NCBI GenBank assembly: GCA_016872215.1 | Contig: VHAX01000010.1 | Coordinates: 2,158-66,157 of the forward strand | Length of the DNA: 64,000 nucleotides | Direction of reading: 5' to 3' | Source of the DNA: Sphingomonadales bacterium | GTDB taxonomy: Bacteria > Bacteroidota > Bacteroidia > UBA7662 | Part shown: positions 1 through 11,218 of the stretch, piece after piece | How the letters are laid out: every line of letters starts with the position of its first letter | Numbering within the stretch: the first letter of the stretch is position 1 | The notes under the pieces: generated by a model | The model's input: only the letters and a program-made list of their open reading frames with translations | Told to the model about the DNA's origin: nothing | The model's database searches: none | Translations under genes and position numbers: made by a program

Positions 1-1137
1 ACCTACAACCAAAGTCGGGTGGTCAATATTTATTTCGTGGACCTGGGTTCGATCGGTCTGTGTGGTTATGCAACATACCCCGGAAGTGGTTCCGGCCCCT
101 CGGGAAGTGCGCAGGGTGGATTGATGATGAGTGTGTCCTGTTCTCAATCAGGGAATACTACACTCGCTCATGAAATGGGTCACTATTTCGCGCTCCCGCA
201 CCCCTTCGACGGCACAAGCGGTGCGCCCACTGGCCCATTCTCGGAGCGGGTTACGCGCAACACCAATGAGACGCCCCCTCGATTATCAGCAAATTGCGCC
301 ACCGCGGGTGACCGTTTCTGCGATACAGAAGCGGATTATATCGGCTACCGCTGGAATTGCTTCGGCTTCACCCCATCGGATACCGATAGAAACGGAGATA
401 CTTTTAACCCGGATGCTGCTTTATTTATGTCTTATTCCTACGACAATTGTCAGAACCGCTTCAGCGATCAGCAAATCCAAACCATGCGCTCAACGCTGGC
501 CGGTCCCTCTGCTTCCCGAGGCTACCTGCTACTTCAGCCCCCCTATTTTGTAGACACTTTATTTGGAAGCACCACACCGCTATCACCCATCGCAGGTGGT
601 CCTGCTCAGCCCGCTAACTGGGTACAATTCCGCTGGAGAAAAGTGGAAGGCGCCACCTCCTATATGATACGGATTCGGCGCAACAACCTGAGGGTGACGG
701 ATGTCTTCGTGAATGGGGGCGACACTGCCTTGACCTACACCTTACCAATACTCCAGCCCAATCTGACCTACACCTACACCATTCGTCCCTACAACCCCGG
801 CTGGACCTGTGCCGCGCAAAGCGCTTCCGCCACTTTCACCACCACAACTGGTTATGGTACTTTTATATCTGAATCCTCTTCCTTTAAGTCACTGCAAATC
901 TATCCGACTGTATTAGAAGGCGGTAACAGAAAACTAATGATACAACTCGACGCTGAGGAATTAAGAAGCTTTGCACTTTATGATGCTGCAGGTCGACAAG
1001 TTCATATGATTAACCTATCGAGCCCGCAAGGAGAAAGAATGGAAACAGAGCTGAATCCGATTCCTGCCGGGCTCTACCATGTACGCGCTACAGGCATCTC
1101 CGGACAGAACTATCTGTCGAAGATCATCGTGCAGTAA
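1..1137 (+). CDS. Secreted M43 (pappalysin-like) zinc metalloprotease with Fn3-like region and T9SS type A C-terminal sorting domain; 5' end outside the window
   Basis: HEMGHYFALPH zinc motif, FMSYS Met-turn, C-terminal IYPT...GLYHVR...SKIIVQ tail; frame open from the window edge. Confidence 0.8.
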   Translation, partial: TYNQSRVVNIYFVDLGSIGLCGYATYPGSGSGPSGSAQGGLMMSVSCSQSGNTTLAHEMGHYFALPHPFDGTSGAPTGPFSERVTRNTNETPPRLSANCATAGDRFCDTEADYIGYRWNCFGFTPSDTDRNGDTFNPDAALFMSYSYDNCQNRFSDQQIQTMRSTLAGPSASRGYLLLQPPYFVDTLFGSTTPLSPIAGGPAQPANWVQFRWRKVEGATSYMIRIRRNNLRVTDVFVNGGDTALTYTLPILQPNLTYTYTIRPYNPGWTCAAQSASATFTTTTGYGTFISESSSFKSLQIYPTVLEGGNRKLMIQLDAEELRSFALYDAAGRQVHMINLSSPQGERMETELNPIPAGLYHVRATGISGQNYLSKIIVQ

Positions 1138-1187
1138 AGTATATACGAAATCAACGGTCAGACTCCTAAGGAGATGTCCCATTCGAA

Positions 1188-1718
1188 TCAAAACGCCAGA
1201 AACTGCTCGACCTGAATCTGAATTTGGCTGAGATATTCGGGGTTGACCAAAACCCCGTCTGTTATGTATTTCCCAATGTCTATGAGACGCGGACGAAAAG
1301 CAAGGGTATGAACCCCGGCGTAATTGAGCACATCGGCGAAATGGCTCATAGCCAAAGCTGAACCCTGGGTACCATCCGATAATCCCAACATACAGGCCTT
1401 TTTCCCCCTGAGGCTATCAGGGTATTCGAGTGCATCGATCCACACCTTCAAAATCCCGGGAAATGAGCCATTGTATTCAGGTATTACAAAAATGAATTTC
1501 CGGGCAGCATAAACGCGCTTTTGAATCGAATCCCAAACTTCATTTGGAATCCGTGGACTGCGGTAGAGGGTCGTTTCCAGAATGGATGTCGGAATCTGGT
1601 CGAGTGACAACAAATCCGCTTCCACGCCCCTATCCAAAAGACATCGGCAATACTGCTCGGAAACCAATCTTGAACGTGAATGCACCCGACTAGTGGATGC
1701 CACTACTATGTAGTCCAC
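1188..1718 (-). CDS. NADPH-dependent FMN reductase family protein
   Basis: PEYNGSFPGILKVWID signature, flavodoxin-like size. Confidence 0.85.
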   Translation of the reverse strand: MDYIVVASTSRVHSRSRLVSEQYCRCLLDRGVEADLLSLDQIPTSILETTLYRSPRIPNEVWDSIQKRVYAARKFIFVIPEYNGSFPGILKVWIDALEYPDSLRGKKACMLGLSDGTQGSALAMSHFADVLNYAGVHTLAFRPRLIDIGKYITDGVLVNPEYLSQIQIQVEQFLAF

Positions 1719-2963
1719 TTAGCCTGCCGCCCGTAACTTGCTGAAACCCGAGGTCGAAAACTGATTGCGGGCGTAGGACAACGTCACTACAAACTCCGAG
1801 GGCTTGGGGCTGGTTGTCGGAAGAGAGAACATAGCGTCGAGTAATATGGCCTCCAAAATGGAGCGAAGGCCTCGGGCCCCCAATTTCAGTTCCATAGCCT
1901 GTTCCACTACAAATTCGAGTACGTCATCTGGCACCACCAATCGGATATCCTCCAAAGAGAACAAATGCTCATATTGTCGCAGAAGCGCATTCTTCGGCTG
2001 GGTAAGGATAATCTTCAACGTTTCCTTGTCGAGGGGATTTAGATGGGTCACCACCGGAAGCCTGCCCAGCAATTCAGGGATCAAACCATACGACTTGAGG
2101 TCGACCGGCTGAACACATTGCAGCAAATGGGCCGCTTCCGCATCCTTGCCACTACCATGTCGCAGATACCCAATGGAACTCACACGTACCCTCCGGGCAA
2201 TGATCTTCTCCAATCCATCGAATGCACCTCCGCAAATAAATAAAATATGACGGGTGTCGACCTGCACAAATTTCTGCTCGGGGTGCTTGCGACCACCCTG
2301 AGGGGGCACATTCACCACCGTGCCTTCCAACATCTTCAGCAGAGCTTGCTGTACGCCTTCACCAGAAACGTCACGGGTAATGGAAGGGTTATCGGCCTTG
2401 CGGGCAATTTTATCGATTTCATCGAGGTATACGATACCCCGTTGAGCCGACTCCACATCATAATCGGCCACCTGAAGCAGACGGGTCAGTATGCTCTCCA
2501 CATCCTCCCCAACATAACCCGCTTCGGTGAAAACGGTAGCATCGGCTATGCAAAAAGGCACATTCAACAAACGGGCGATGGAACGCGCAAGGAGGGTCTT
2601 GCCGGTACCCGTTTCACCCACGAGCATGATATTCGACTTCTCGATCTCTATATCGGAATGTTGACTTTGATTTATGCGCTTGTAGTGATTGTAGACTGCT
2701 ACTGCCAGGTGGCGTTTGGCCTCATCCTGACCCACTACATAGGCATCAAGATGATCCTTGATGAGAGTAGGACGAAGATTGGCGAACTGCCGGTGGCTGG
2801 TTTTACCCGACTTACCCACATGCCGTTCCTCCTGCGCCCGTACGATCTCACCCGCCTGTACCACACATTGGTCACAGATATGCGCCTCCATACCTGCCAC
2901 CAGTACCTTGGCCTGTTCTTTCTCCTTTCCGCAAAAAGAGCAATGAATTTTGTTTCTGGGCAT
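1719..2963 (-). CDS. clpX: ATP-dependent Clp protease ATPase subunit ClpX
   Basis: CSFC...CDQC zinc finger, GETGTGKT Walker [26 protein letters not shown]. Confidence 0.98.
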   Translation of the reverse strand: MPRNKIHCSFCGKEKEQAKVLVAGMEAHICDQCVVQAGEIVRAQEERHVGKSGKTSHRQFANLRPTLIKDHLDAYVVGQDEAKRHLAVAVYNHYKRINQSQHSDIEIEKSNIMLVGETGTGKTLLARSIARLLNVPFCIADATVFTEAGYVGEDVESILTRLLQVADYDVESAQRGIVYLDEIDKIARKADNPSITRDVSGEGVQQALLKMLEGTVVNVPPQGGRKHPEQKFVQVDTRHILFICGGAFDGLEKIIARRVRVSSIGYLRHGSGKDAEAAHLLQCVQPVDLKSYGLIPELLGRLPVVTHLNPLDKETLKIILTQPKNALLRQYEHLFSLEDIRLVVPDDVLEFVVEQAMELKLGARGLRSILEAILLDAMFSLPTTSPKPSEFVVTLSYARNQFSTSGFSKLRAAG

Positions 2964-3652
2964 CAGCGTGTCGTTTTCGGATTGCGCACCAGTACTTCAT
3001 CGATCATTCCATAAGCACGCGCCTCCTCTGCACTCATCCAGTAGTCGCGGTCGCTGTCCTGCGTGATTTTTTCAAGGCTCTGACCACTATGGTCGGCCAA
3101 TATCTGGTAGAGCTCATCACGCACCTTAATGGTCTCGCGCAGGGCAATTTCCATTTCGGTAACCTGGCCTTGTGTGCCACTCATGGGTTGGTGGATCATG
3201 ACCCGCGCGTGTTTCAAGGCCGTACGCTTACCCGGGGCACCTGCACAGAGCAATACGGCCGCCATGGAGGCAGCCATACCCGTACAAATTGTAGCCACAT
3301 CGGCATGGATATACTGCATGGTGTCATAGATCCCGAGGCCGGCGTAGACCGAGCCACCGGGACTGTTCACATAGATCTGGATGTCTCGGCTGCTATCCGA
3401 TGAATCCAAAAACAACAGCTGAGCCTGAATGATATTGGCCACTTCACTATTAACGCCAACCCCCATAAAAATGATACGGTCCATCATAAGGCGGGAAAAC
3501 ACATCCATGCTGGCCACATTCATGGGGCGCTCCTCGATGATGTAGGGGGTTAGGGACTCCACCTGGTGGCGAACCACAGCGTCGGTTGTATTTCCACTCA
3601 AACCGAGGCGGCTTGTGGCAAATCGATGAAAATCGCGGGATATTTTGTTCAT
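2963..3652 (-). CDS. clpP: Clp protease proteolytic subunit ClpP
   Basis: [28 protein letters not shown] motifs; 1-nt overlap with clpX. Confidence 0.98.
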   Translation of the reverse strand: MNKISRDFHRFATSRLGLSGNTTDAVVRHQVESLTPYIIEERPMNVASMDVFSRLMMDRIIFMGVGVNSEVANIIQAQLLFLDSSDSSRDIQIYVNSPGGSVYAGLGIYDTMQYIHADVATICTGMAASMAAVLLCAGAPGKRTALKHARVMIHQPMSGTQGQVTEMEIALRETIKVRDELYQILADHSGQSLEKITQDSDRDYWMSAEEARAYGMIDEVLVRNPKTTR

Positions 3653-3669
3653 AACAGAATTATTAACGA

Positions 3670-5034
3670 CTATTGTTTATTAAAAGTTTGGATCAGGTTT
3701 CGGTATTCTTCATCCGTAACCAAAACTTCGTTGAGGGTGACCTTGTTCCGAAGCAGATACCCTAGTTTGTTGCGCCGCGCCGTATCTTCCATCCGAAAAC
3801 GGTTGTCCTTGTTTTCGAGGTATTTGTCGGCATACTCCATAAGCGCATTCATATCCTGCCTCATGCCCGACTGCGCAAAATAATCCGCGAGAAAACGAGC
3901 AGCGGTCATCTTCACATCCTCCTCGGTAATATCCCAACCAGCCTCTTCCAATGCCGCCTTCATCTTCATATCTGAACGAAACCATTTTAAAAACGATTGA
4001 AATGAATCCTCATGCTGGTCGGCAGACTGGACGTCGGCCGTCGACTGGTACAACTTGCTCAAATAGGAAATGGGCAAATCAAAATCATCCTCATTGAGAT
4101 AATCCTTCATCAAACGGGCACGGAGGAAATCTTCCGAACTTTCCACGAGTTTCTCGGTCAGCATATCCCGAATGCGCCCCTCAAATTCTGCCTGATCGGC
4201 CGGGGGATTGCCTTCGAACGCCTTTTCATATAACTCAGGACCCAGTTCGGCTAATCCCTCCCGGATCACATAACGAACCTCGAGCCGTAGCTCCTCACCA
4301 GAGGCCGGAATTTTGTCTTCCTCTACCCGCATCAGAGCAGACCATTCTGAGGCCGGCGCCTTCATCAAATGTTTAAGGCTGGTGCGGGTAGAATATCCCT
4401 CCCCTATGCCCGTCAACTCTGTCCGAAGCCCATCATCCGGAATCGAATCCAGGTCGACCGAAAAAGCGGTGAATGGGGGAATGCCCTCCTGAGTGTCACC
4501 GACAGGAAAGCGCGCAAGACGAATCATCAGGCGATCCTCGGCCTGAGAGGTCGATGGATAGGGATTCTCAAAAAAACGACGGCGCAAATGGACAACCTGT
4601 TCCTCAACCTGCTCATCGGAAGGTGTTATTTTATGCAGATCATACACTTCGGTTCTTAAGCCAGTTGAGAATTCGGGCCTTAGTCCGATCGAAAAGGCAT
4701 ATTCAAAGTCCGGCATCACGGATACCCCATCCTGCTCACCGAGTTCTGTGTGGGTCTCCTGCACGGGTCGTGCAATCAGATTCCAACCTTGTTTGGTAAT
4801 GTATTGCTCCAGACCTTCCGAGGTTACTTCTGTCAGTGTGTCGTGGAGCACGTGCCTGCCCACTGACCGCTTGATGAGTCCAACCGGAGCCATTCCTTTC
4901 CGAAATCCGGGAAAAGCAGAATCTCTTCGGTAGGCCGAAAGTCCCTTTTTATACTTGTCGATGTAGTCGGACTCCGTAACGGAAAGATGAACTCGAAGGT
5001 CGAGTGCCGTTTCTTGTTCGTGACTGATGTTCAT
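3670..5034 (-). CDS. tig: Trigger factor
   Basis: PGFRKGMAP ribosome-binding motif; tRNA-Leu-tig-clpP-clpX order; start placed at MNISHEQ. Confidence 0.88.
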   Translation of the reverse strand: MNISHEQETALDLRVHLSVTESDYIDKYKKGLSAYRRDSAFPGFRKGMAPVGLIKRSVGRHVLHDTLTEVTSEGLEQYITKQGWNLIARPVQETHTELGEQDGVSVMPDFEYAFSIGLRPEFSTGLRTEVYDLHKITPSDEQVEEQVVHLRRRFFENPYPSTSQAEDRLMIRLARFPVGDTQEGIPPFTAFSVDLDSIPDDGLRTELTGIGEGYSTRTSLKHLMKAPASEWSALMRVEEDKIPASGEELRLEVRYVIREGLAELGPELYEKAFEGNPPADQAEFEGRIRDMLTEKLVESSEDFLRARLMKDYLNEDDFDLPISYLSKLYQSTADVQSADQHEDSFQSFLKWFRSDMKMKAALEEAGWDITEEDVKMTAARFLADYFAQSGMRQDMNALMEYADKYLENKDNRFRMEDTARRNKLGYLLRNKVTLNEVLVTDEEYRNLIQTFNKQ

Positions 5035-5127
5035 AGGCGGTTCAGCAAGAATATCGGAGGGTCGAAACATAAGCACAATCGGCTATACAGACAACCCCGT
5101 CGGATTTCAGATTCAATTATAATGAAG

Positions 5128-5209
5128 TGCGGATGGAGGGACTCGAACCCACACGCCTTGCGGCACCAGATCCTAAGTCTGGCACGTCTACCAATTTCGC
5201 CACATCCGC
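5128..5209 (-). tRNA. tRNA-Leu (TAG)
   Basis: Minus strand GCGGATG...CCAGA-CT-TAG-GA-TCTGG, long variable arm, GGTTCGAGTCC, CATCCGCA. Confidence 0.97.
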
Positions 5210-5299
5210 AAATATTCAAACCTGTTTTTCAGAACCAGCCATCTGCGCACCGGCGGTTCCAGGTATAACGCAGTAGTTTATCCACAAATAACAAGGGTG

Positions 5300-5307
5300 C
5301 AAAGATA
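5300..5307 (-). promoter_or_regulatory. Bacteroidota -7 promoter box (TATCTTTG) for tRNA-Leu-tig-clpPX
   Basis: Exact TAnnTTTG match about 90 nt upstream of the tRNA. Confidence 0.7.
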
Positions 5308-5394
5308 ATCAAATACCCCTCAAAATTTAAAAAATCCGTAGATTTACCGAAGAACCCTTCCCCCACCCAAAAGCAAGTAAACCAAAAACAGCAC

Positions 5395-7653
5395 GTGGAA
5401 ATCCCAAACGAGTCACTTGTTGAACGTCCGGCCGACCAGATTTCAGAGGCCGAAACGGAAAGGCAGGAAATACTCCGAAGATACCGTCGACTGCTGCGGG
5501 CCATGCGTCCGTTTTTGAAGAAGGGTGACAAAAAACAGGTTCGTTCTGCCTTTGAAATGGCTTTGGAGGCTCACGCGAACACCCGCCGCAAATCGGGCGA
5601 ACCCTACATCTATCACCCGCTGGAAGTCGCCCGGATCACCATTGAAGAAATCGGACTGGGTACTACCTCAGCCATCTGCGCCCTGCTCCATGATGTGGTA
5701 GAGGATACCGATACGCGGCTCAACGATATCGAACGAGAATTCGGTAATGTGGTGGCCCGGATTATCGATGGCCTGACCAAAATATCGGGACTCTACAACC
5801 GGCACACGAATCCATCCGAACAGGCAGAAAACTACCGAAAAATGCTCCTGACGCTGGCCGACGATGTTCGGGTGATCCTGATCAAAATGGCCGACCGACT
5901 CCACAACATGCGGACCCTCGAAAGTATGAGCAAGGAAAAACAGCTCAAAATCGCCTCCGAAACTACGTTTTTATTCGCTCCCCTAGCCCATAGGCTGGGG
6001 CTCTACGCCATTAAATCGGAGCTCGAGGACCTCTCCCTGAAATACACCCACACAGAAATTTACCGCGACATAGCCCGCAAGTTGCAGGAAACAAAAGCCC
6101 GCCGTGATCGCTTTATTCGCGAGTTCATTGAACCGGTGCGGGTAGCCATGAATAGTACTGGACTGCAATTCGATATTAGGGGTAGGCCCAAATCGATTGT
6201 GAGCATTTGGAACAAGATGCAAAAACAAGGCATCACCTTCGAGCAAGTCTATGATCTGTTTGCCATACGGATCATTTTGGACAGCCGGCCCGAATTCGAA
6301 AAAGCCGACTGCTGGCGAGCCTATTCGGTCGTAACAGACCTGTATCATCCCAACCCGAACCGACTGCGTGACTGGATATCAACCCCAAAAGCCAATGGCT
6401 ATGAATCGTTGCACACTACTGTAATGGGCCCTGGAGGCCGCTGGGTGGAAGTGCAGATCCGAACCCGGCGCATGAACGAAATAGCAGAAAAGGGACTCGC
6501 CGCGCATTGGAAATACAAAGACGGACAAAGTGACAGCGCCTTCGATGAATGGCTGCGCCGCATACGGGATGTGTTAGATAATCCGGAACCCAATGCCCTG
6601 GAGTTCATCGACGAGTTCAAATTGCAACTCTACGCCAAGGATGTGTTCGCATTCACCCCCAAGGGCGATCTGATTAAATTGCCAGGCGGAGCTACGGCAC
6701 TGGATTTTGCCTTCGAAATCCACACAGACATCGGAATGAAATGCATCGGAGCCAAGGCCAACCACAAAATCGTCCCCCTGAGTTATCCCCTTAAAAACGG
6801 AGACCAGGTAGAGATTCTGACCTCGGGCATCCAAAAACCACGAGCAGATTGGCTTGGCTTCGTTACAACTGCCAAGGCCCGCAACAAAATAAGACATGCT
6901 CTTCGCGAGCACAAAAGAGAGTCGGCCGCAGAGGGTAAAACACAACTCGAACGGAAGATGAGACAATGGAAAATGGCAGGTGGCGAAGAACTTCACCAAA
7001 AACTGGCAACCCATTTCAAAGCCAGCTCTCTGCTCGATTTTTATCAACTCATCGCCATCGATCGCATCACTTTTAATGAAATTCAGACCTTTGTTTCACG
7101 CGAGAATCAACAGGAAACCAAAGCAAAGGCCCCACGGCTCGACGGAAGCAACTTCGAGAAAATGGTGCGTTCGAGCAATCTGTCAACCGATGATATGCTC
7201 ATGATTGACGGCAACATTCAGAAGATCGACTACCAGCTCGCAAATTGTTGCCACCCCATTCCCGGCGATGAAATTTTCGGGTTTGTCACCGTCAGCGAAG
7301 GAATCAAAATCCATCGGGTCAATTGTCCGAACGCCGTCAACCTGCTTTCCAAATACAGCTACCGGGTCGTAAAGGCCAAATGGACCCTGGCCTCAGAAGT
7401 GAGTTTTCTAGCGGGCATCAAAATCACAGGTATCGATGATGTGGGCATTATCAAGAATATCAGTGATGTTATTTCTGGTGATTTGAAGGTGAACATGCGC
7501 TCCATCAGCGTGGTATCCAACGACGGGATTTTCGAAGGCACTATAATGGTGTATGTCAACGATACCCGGCAACTCGATATGCTCATCAAAAAACTCAAAG
7601 CGGTGAAAGGCATCCAAACTATCGAGCGGATTGAAGCTACTTCTGAGGATTGA
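5395..7653 (+). CDS. relA: Bifunctional (p)ppGpp synthetase/hydrolase (RelA/SpoT homolog)
   Basis: RKSGEPYIYHP, LHDVVED HD motif, ADRLHNMRT, NGYESLHT, EVQIRT, TGS and ACT regions. Confidence 0.96.
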   Translation: MEIPNESLVERPADQISEAETERQEILRRYRRLLRAMRPFLKKGDKKQVRSAFEMALEAHANTRRKSGEPYIYHPLEVARITIEEIGLGTTSAICALLHDVVEDTDTRLNDIEREFGNVVARIIDGLTKISGLYNRHTNPSEQAENYRKMLLTLADDVRVILIKMADRLHNMRTLESMSKEKQLKIASETTFLFAPLAHRLGLYAIKSELEDLSLKYTHTEIYRDIARKLQETKARRDRFIREFIEPVRVAMNSTGLQFDIRGRPKSIVSIWNKMQKQGITFEQVYDLFAIRIILDSRPEFEKADCWRAYSVVTDLYHPNPNRLRDWISTPKANGYESLHTTVMGPGGRWVEVQIRTRRMNEIAEKGLAAHWKYKDGQSDSAFDEWLRRIRDVLDNPEPNALEFIDEFKLQLYAKDVFAFTPKGDLIKLPGGATALDFAFEIHTDIGMKCIGAKANHKIVPLSYPLKNGDQVEILTSGIQKPRADWLGFVTTAKARNKIRHALREHKRESAAEGKTQLERKMRQWKMAGGEELHQKLATHFKASSLLDFYQLIAIDRITFNEIQTFVSRENQQETKAKAPRLDGSNFEKMVRSSNLSTDDMLMIDGNIQKIDYQLANCCHPIPGDEIFGFVTVSEGIKIHRVNCPNAVNLLSKYSYRVVKAKWTLASEVSFLAGIKITGIDDVGIIKNISDVISGDLKVNMRSISVVSNDGIFEGTIMVYVNDTRQLDMLIKKLKAVKGIQTIERIEATSED

Positions 7654-7704
7654 GTTGATCCTGTTTTACCCACCACGTATCCACCCAACATTCAGCTTTT
7701 CGGT

Positions 7705-7712
7705 TATTTTTG
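7705..7712 (+). promoter_or_regulatory. -7 promoter box (TATTTTTG) for purA-pabB
   Basis: TAnnTTTG match in the relA-purA intergenic region. Confidence 0.65.
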
Positions 7713-7784
7713 CCCCCTTGATTTTCAACCACCCAAAGCCTTTCCCCTCTTCCCCTTATCTTGCCCTTTTATGACTGCAGAAAT

Positions 7785-9050
7785 ATGAAAGTGGATGTAA
7801 TTCTTGGACTGCAGTGGGGCGATGAAGGCAAAGGGAAGTTGGTTGATGTCATTTGTCCGTCCTACCCCATTATTGCCCGCTTTCAGGGTGGGCCCAATGC
7901 TGGGCATTCGCTAGTGATCCACGGAAAAAAAATGGTGCTCAACACCATTCCTTCCGGGATCTTCCGAAATGGCAGCACCAACGTGGCGGGAAGTGGGATG
8001 GTGTTGAATCCGGTCGGAATGCTGCGCGAGATCAAACAGCTGGAGTCTTTAGGAATCCCCGTAAAAGAGCGTTTGGTTCTCTCACGCCGCGCGCACCTGA
8101 TTCTCCCAACGCACCCTCTTCTCGATTCGGCCCTGGAACAGGTAAAGGGTGATGATAAAATCGGAAGTACCCTGAAAGGAATCGGCCCGGCCTATTCCGA
8201 CAAAACCGCGCGACAAGGGATTCGTTTGGGCGACCTCGATAATGGTCGGCTCGAACCAAACTTCCGGGAGCAAATAGCCCGTCACACCAACGAACTGATG
8301 CGTTTTGGAGCCGATTTGTCGCAGCTCGATACGCTGTGCGACGAGTGGATGAGGAGCCTGGACGAAATCGCTACCTATACCCGAACCGACACAGAATTCT
8401 ACCTCAATAATGAATTGGATCGGGGGGTACCGATCCTCGCAGAAGGGGCTCAGGGCACCTTGCTCGATCTGGAATTTGGTTCATATCCGTTTGTTACCTC
8501 CTCCCACACCACCGTAGCGGGTGTGTGCTCAGGATTGGGCGTGGCTCCGCATCGAATCGGAAAAGTGATGGGTATTTTTAAAGCATATTGCACCCGTGTA
8601 GGCAGCGGACCCTTTCCTACGGAGCTCAATAACGAAACGGGCGAATTTTTGCGGCAAACCGGCCACGAATTTGGCGCCACCACAGGCCGCCCGCGCCGAT
8701 GCGGCTGGATCGATCTGCCCGCCCTTCGCTATGCCATCATGCTCAACGGGGTAACAGATCTCATCATGACCAAGGCGGATGTTTTGAGTGAACTTACGGA
8801 AATTGGCGTGTGCACCCATTACCGCACATCTGCTGGGCAAACTTCCCATTTACCGGCCGATTTGGAAGGGGTAGAGCCCGTTTTTCGGATGATTCCAGGC
8901 TGGCATCATTCCCTAACAGAATCTACATCCGAAGATTCATTGCCCCCCCAACTTCTTCACTACATAGATTTGCTCGAAGAGGAATTGAATCGGCCCATTC
9001 GAATCGTATCCGTGGGCCCCGACCGGCGGCAAACCATTCACAGGGGATAA
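7785..9050 (+). CDS. purA: Adenylosuccinate synthetase
   Basis: GLQWGDEGKGK, QGGPNAGH, EFGATTGRPRRCGW; start at ATG 7785. Confidence 0.98.
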   Translation: MKVDVILGLQWGDEGKGKLVDVICPSYPIIARFQGGPNAGHSLVIHGKKMVLNTIPSGIFRNGSTNVAGSGMVLNPVGMLREIKQLESLGIPVKERLVLSRRAHLILPTHPLLDSALEQVKGDDKIGSTLKGIGPAYSDKTARQGIRLGDLDNGRLEPNFREQIARHTNELMRFGADLSQLDTLCDEWMRSLDEIATYTRTDTEFYLNNELDRGVPILAEGAQGTLLDLEFGSYPFVTSSHTTVAGVCSGLGVAPHRIGKVMGIFKAYCTRVGSGPFPTELNNETGEFLRQTGHEFGATTGRPRRCGWIDLPALRYAIMLNGVTDLIMTKADVLSELTEIGVCTHYRTSAGQTSHLPADLEGVEPVFRMIPGWHHSLTESTSEDSLPPQLLHYIDLLEEELNRPIRIVSVGPDRRQTIHRG

Positions 9051-9055
9051 TTCGG

Positions 9056-10471
9056 ATGGAAATACCCCGGATACTCAAAGAGAAGGCCGGTGAGGATGAT
9101 TTTTATCGCCTGCTTAACGAATTCTCGACCTTCCACTCTGTAATCGCCTTATGGTCGCATACACCTAAGCCCACGAATCATTCGGACGTTTTTCCACTGC
9201 ATTACTTTGGCAATGATGGCTGGCTGGCAGCTTCCCGATTGGTGACAACATCAACCCATACCGCACGGAGTTTATCGGATTTGAGGAAAGACGTCAATGG
9301 CAACAAAAATTACCTGTTTGGCTTTTTTTCCTACGATCTCAAAAATGAGCTGGAGGATCTGACCTCAAGGGGAAAAGACTATTTTGAATTTCCATTATTT
9401 TGGTTTTTTGAGCCCGAATTGCTTTTGCGATTTCATAACGGCCGCATTGAATGCGTGAATGCAAACACCGAACTATTCGAACTTTGTGTTCGCCTCTTGA
9501 ATCAAACAGAATCGGATGATGGCACGGAAAACGGAATACCGAAATTACGGGATCATCTAATCTCTTCAATTGTTGGACAGTTGAAGAGAATTAATACGGG
9601 ATCGCACTTAGGGTCGGCTGAAGATTGTTCAACTCCAGATACACACTTCGAACCAGCGCTGTCGTTCGACGAATACAAAAGGAATGTAGAGATCATTCGA
9701 CGCCATATTGCTGCGGGCGATGTCTATGAACTGAATTACTGCATGGAATGGCATGCCAAATTGACTAAAATTTCGCCGCTGGCTATCTGGAAAGCCATGA
9801 ATAAGCGGACCCATGCGCCGTTTTCAGCCTTTGTGCGCATGAACCAGCACTACCTCCTCAGTGCCAGTCCCGAACGCTTCATGTGCAAACACGGAACCCA
9901 GATATATAGTCAACCCATCAAGGGAACTGCCCCCAGGCATAACAATGCAATAACTGATGCAGAGAACGCGCGTCTACTCTCGGAAAACAAAAAAGAAAAA
10001 GCAGAAAATCTAATGATCGTGGATCTCGTACGAAACGACATATCACGCAGCTGCATCGCAGGTTCCGTGGAAGTGCCTGAACTATGCAAGGTTTTTACTC
10101 TGCAAACGGTTCACCAAATGTGCAGCACGATTCGCGGCGAACTCCGGCCGGACATCCATTCGCTGGATGCGCTGCTCGCTGCTTTTCCCATGGGATCCAT
10201 GACCGGGGCGCCGAAAATCAGTGCCATGCAGCTCATCGATCGGATCGAAACCTTCAAAAGAGGTATATTTTCCGGATCAGTTGGTTACTTCACACCCAAT
10301 GGTGATTTCGACTTTAATGTCGTGATTCGCAGTATGATGTACCGCAGCGACACCCAGGAGGCGGTTGTTCGCGCAGGAAGCGCGATAACCTACGATTCAG
10401 TAGCCGAAAAGGAATGGGAAGAGTGCCTTCTGAAAGCGAAAGCCATCATCAACGTGCGGAATAAACAATAG
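9056..10471 (+). CDS. pabB: Aminodeoxychorismate synthase component I (chorismate-binding enzyme)
   Basis: SPERF, PIKGT, AENLMIVDLVRND, GSMTGAPK; start at ATG 9056. Confidence 0.88.
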   Translation: MEIPRILKEKAGEDDFYRLLNEFSTFHSVIALWSHTPKPTNHSDVFPLHYFGNDGWLAASRLVTTSTHTARSLSDLRKDVNGNKNYLFGFFSYDLKNELEDLTSRGKDYFEFPLFWFFEPELLLRFHNGRIECVNANTELFELCVRLLNQTESDDGTENGIPKLRDHLISSIVGQLKRINTGSHLGSAEDCSTPDTHFEPALSFDEYKRNVEIIRRHIAAGDVYELNYCMEWHAKLTKISPLAIWKAMNKRTHAPFSAFVRMNQHYLLSASPERFMCKHGTQIYSQPIKGTAPRHNNAITDAENARLLSENKKEKAENLMIVDLVRNDISRSCIAGSVEVPELCKVFTLQTVHQMCSTIRGELRPDIHSLDALLAAFPMGSMTGAPKISAMQLIDRIETFKRGIFSGSVGYFTPNGDFDFNVVIRSMMYRSDTQEAVVRAGSAITYDSVAEKEWEECLLKAKAIINVRNKQ

Positions 10472-10488
10472 TCTGTGCCGCTGAACGA

Positions 10489-10935
10489 TCAGTTCTGGGC
10501 AACCAACTCCAAGTTAAGCTGGGCTTTGACCTCACGATGCAGGTCAATTTCTACTTCATACACTCCCAACTCCTTCATCTCTGAAGGAACGGAAATCTTG
10601 CGGCGGTCGATTTCCAGACCCTGTCCCTTCAAGGCCTCAGACACCTGCAGCGTAGTAACGGAACCAAATAGTCGTCCCTTTTCACCCACACGCACCGGAA
10701 GCACCAGATTCATGCCCGACAACGCCTCTGCCATAGTGCGGGCATCCTGAAGTACTTTCTCAACCCGGTGTGCAGCCTGACGAACATTTTCGTTGCGTTC
10801 TTTAACGTTTGACTCATTGGCAATGCGGGCTAAACCCTGGGGAATCAAATAGTTCCGACCGTAACCGGGCCGGACCTTCACGATGTCGTAACGGTAGCCA
10901 AGTCCTTTGATATCCTGATTCAGAATAATTTCCAT
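10489..10935 (-). CDS. rplI: 50S ribosomal protein L9
   Basis: VKVRPGYGRNYLIPQG, LFGSVT. Confidence 0.98.
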   Translation of the reverse strand: MEIILNQDIKGLGYRYDIVKVRPGYGRNYLIPQGLARIANESNVKERNENVRQAAHRVEKVLQDARTMAEALSGMNLVLPVRVGEKGRLFGSVTTLQVSEALKGQGLEIDRRKISVPSEMKELGVYEVEIDLHREVKAQLNLELVAQN

Positions 10936-10960
10936 GTCACAATTCTTTTTGGGCTGTGGG

Positions 10961-11218
10961 TTATTTCAATCCATCGGCTACGTAGGGTAACAGAGCCAGG
11001 TGGCGGGCACGTTTAATGGCCTGCGACACCTTGCGCTGGTATTTCAGGGAGGTACCGGTTAGGCGGCGGGGCAGGATTTTTCCCTGCTCATTCACCAAAC
11101 GGAGCAGGAAATCGGGGTCTTTGTAGTCGATATACTTGATCCCGCTCTTTTTGAAGCGGCAGTATTTTTTACGGGTCTCTTCTTTGACCGGTATGGCGGC
11201 AAAACTATTGCTGATCAT
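10961..11218 (-). CDS. rpsR: 30S ribosomal protein S18
   Basis: [28 protein letters not shown]. Confidence 0.98.
   Translation of the reverse strand: MISNSFAAIPVKEETRKKYCRFKKSGIKYIDYKDPDFLLRLVNEQGKILPRRLTGTSLKYQRKVSQAIKRARHLALLPYVADGLK

Noticed and set aside
2247..3014. Long antisense ORFs opposite clpX (also opposite accD, groEL, miaB, sufC)
   Set aside because: Shadow frames of conserved genes with no recognisable motifs
8810..9055. Long N-terminal extensions in the ORF track (pabB, also prfC, dnaX, enoyl-CoA hydratase, SDR, rpsO)
   Set aside because: They overlap neighbouring genes or promoter boxes, and family-like sequence begins at downstream starts
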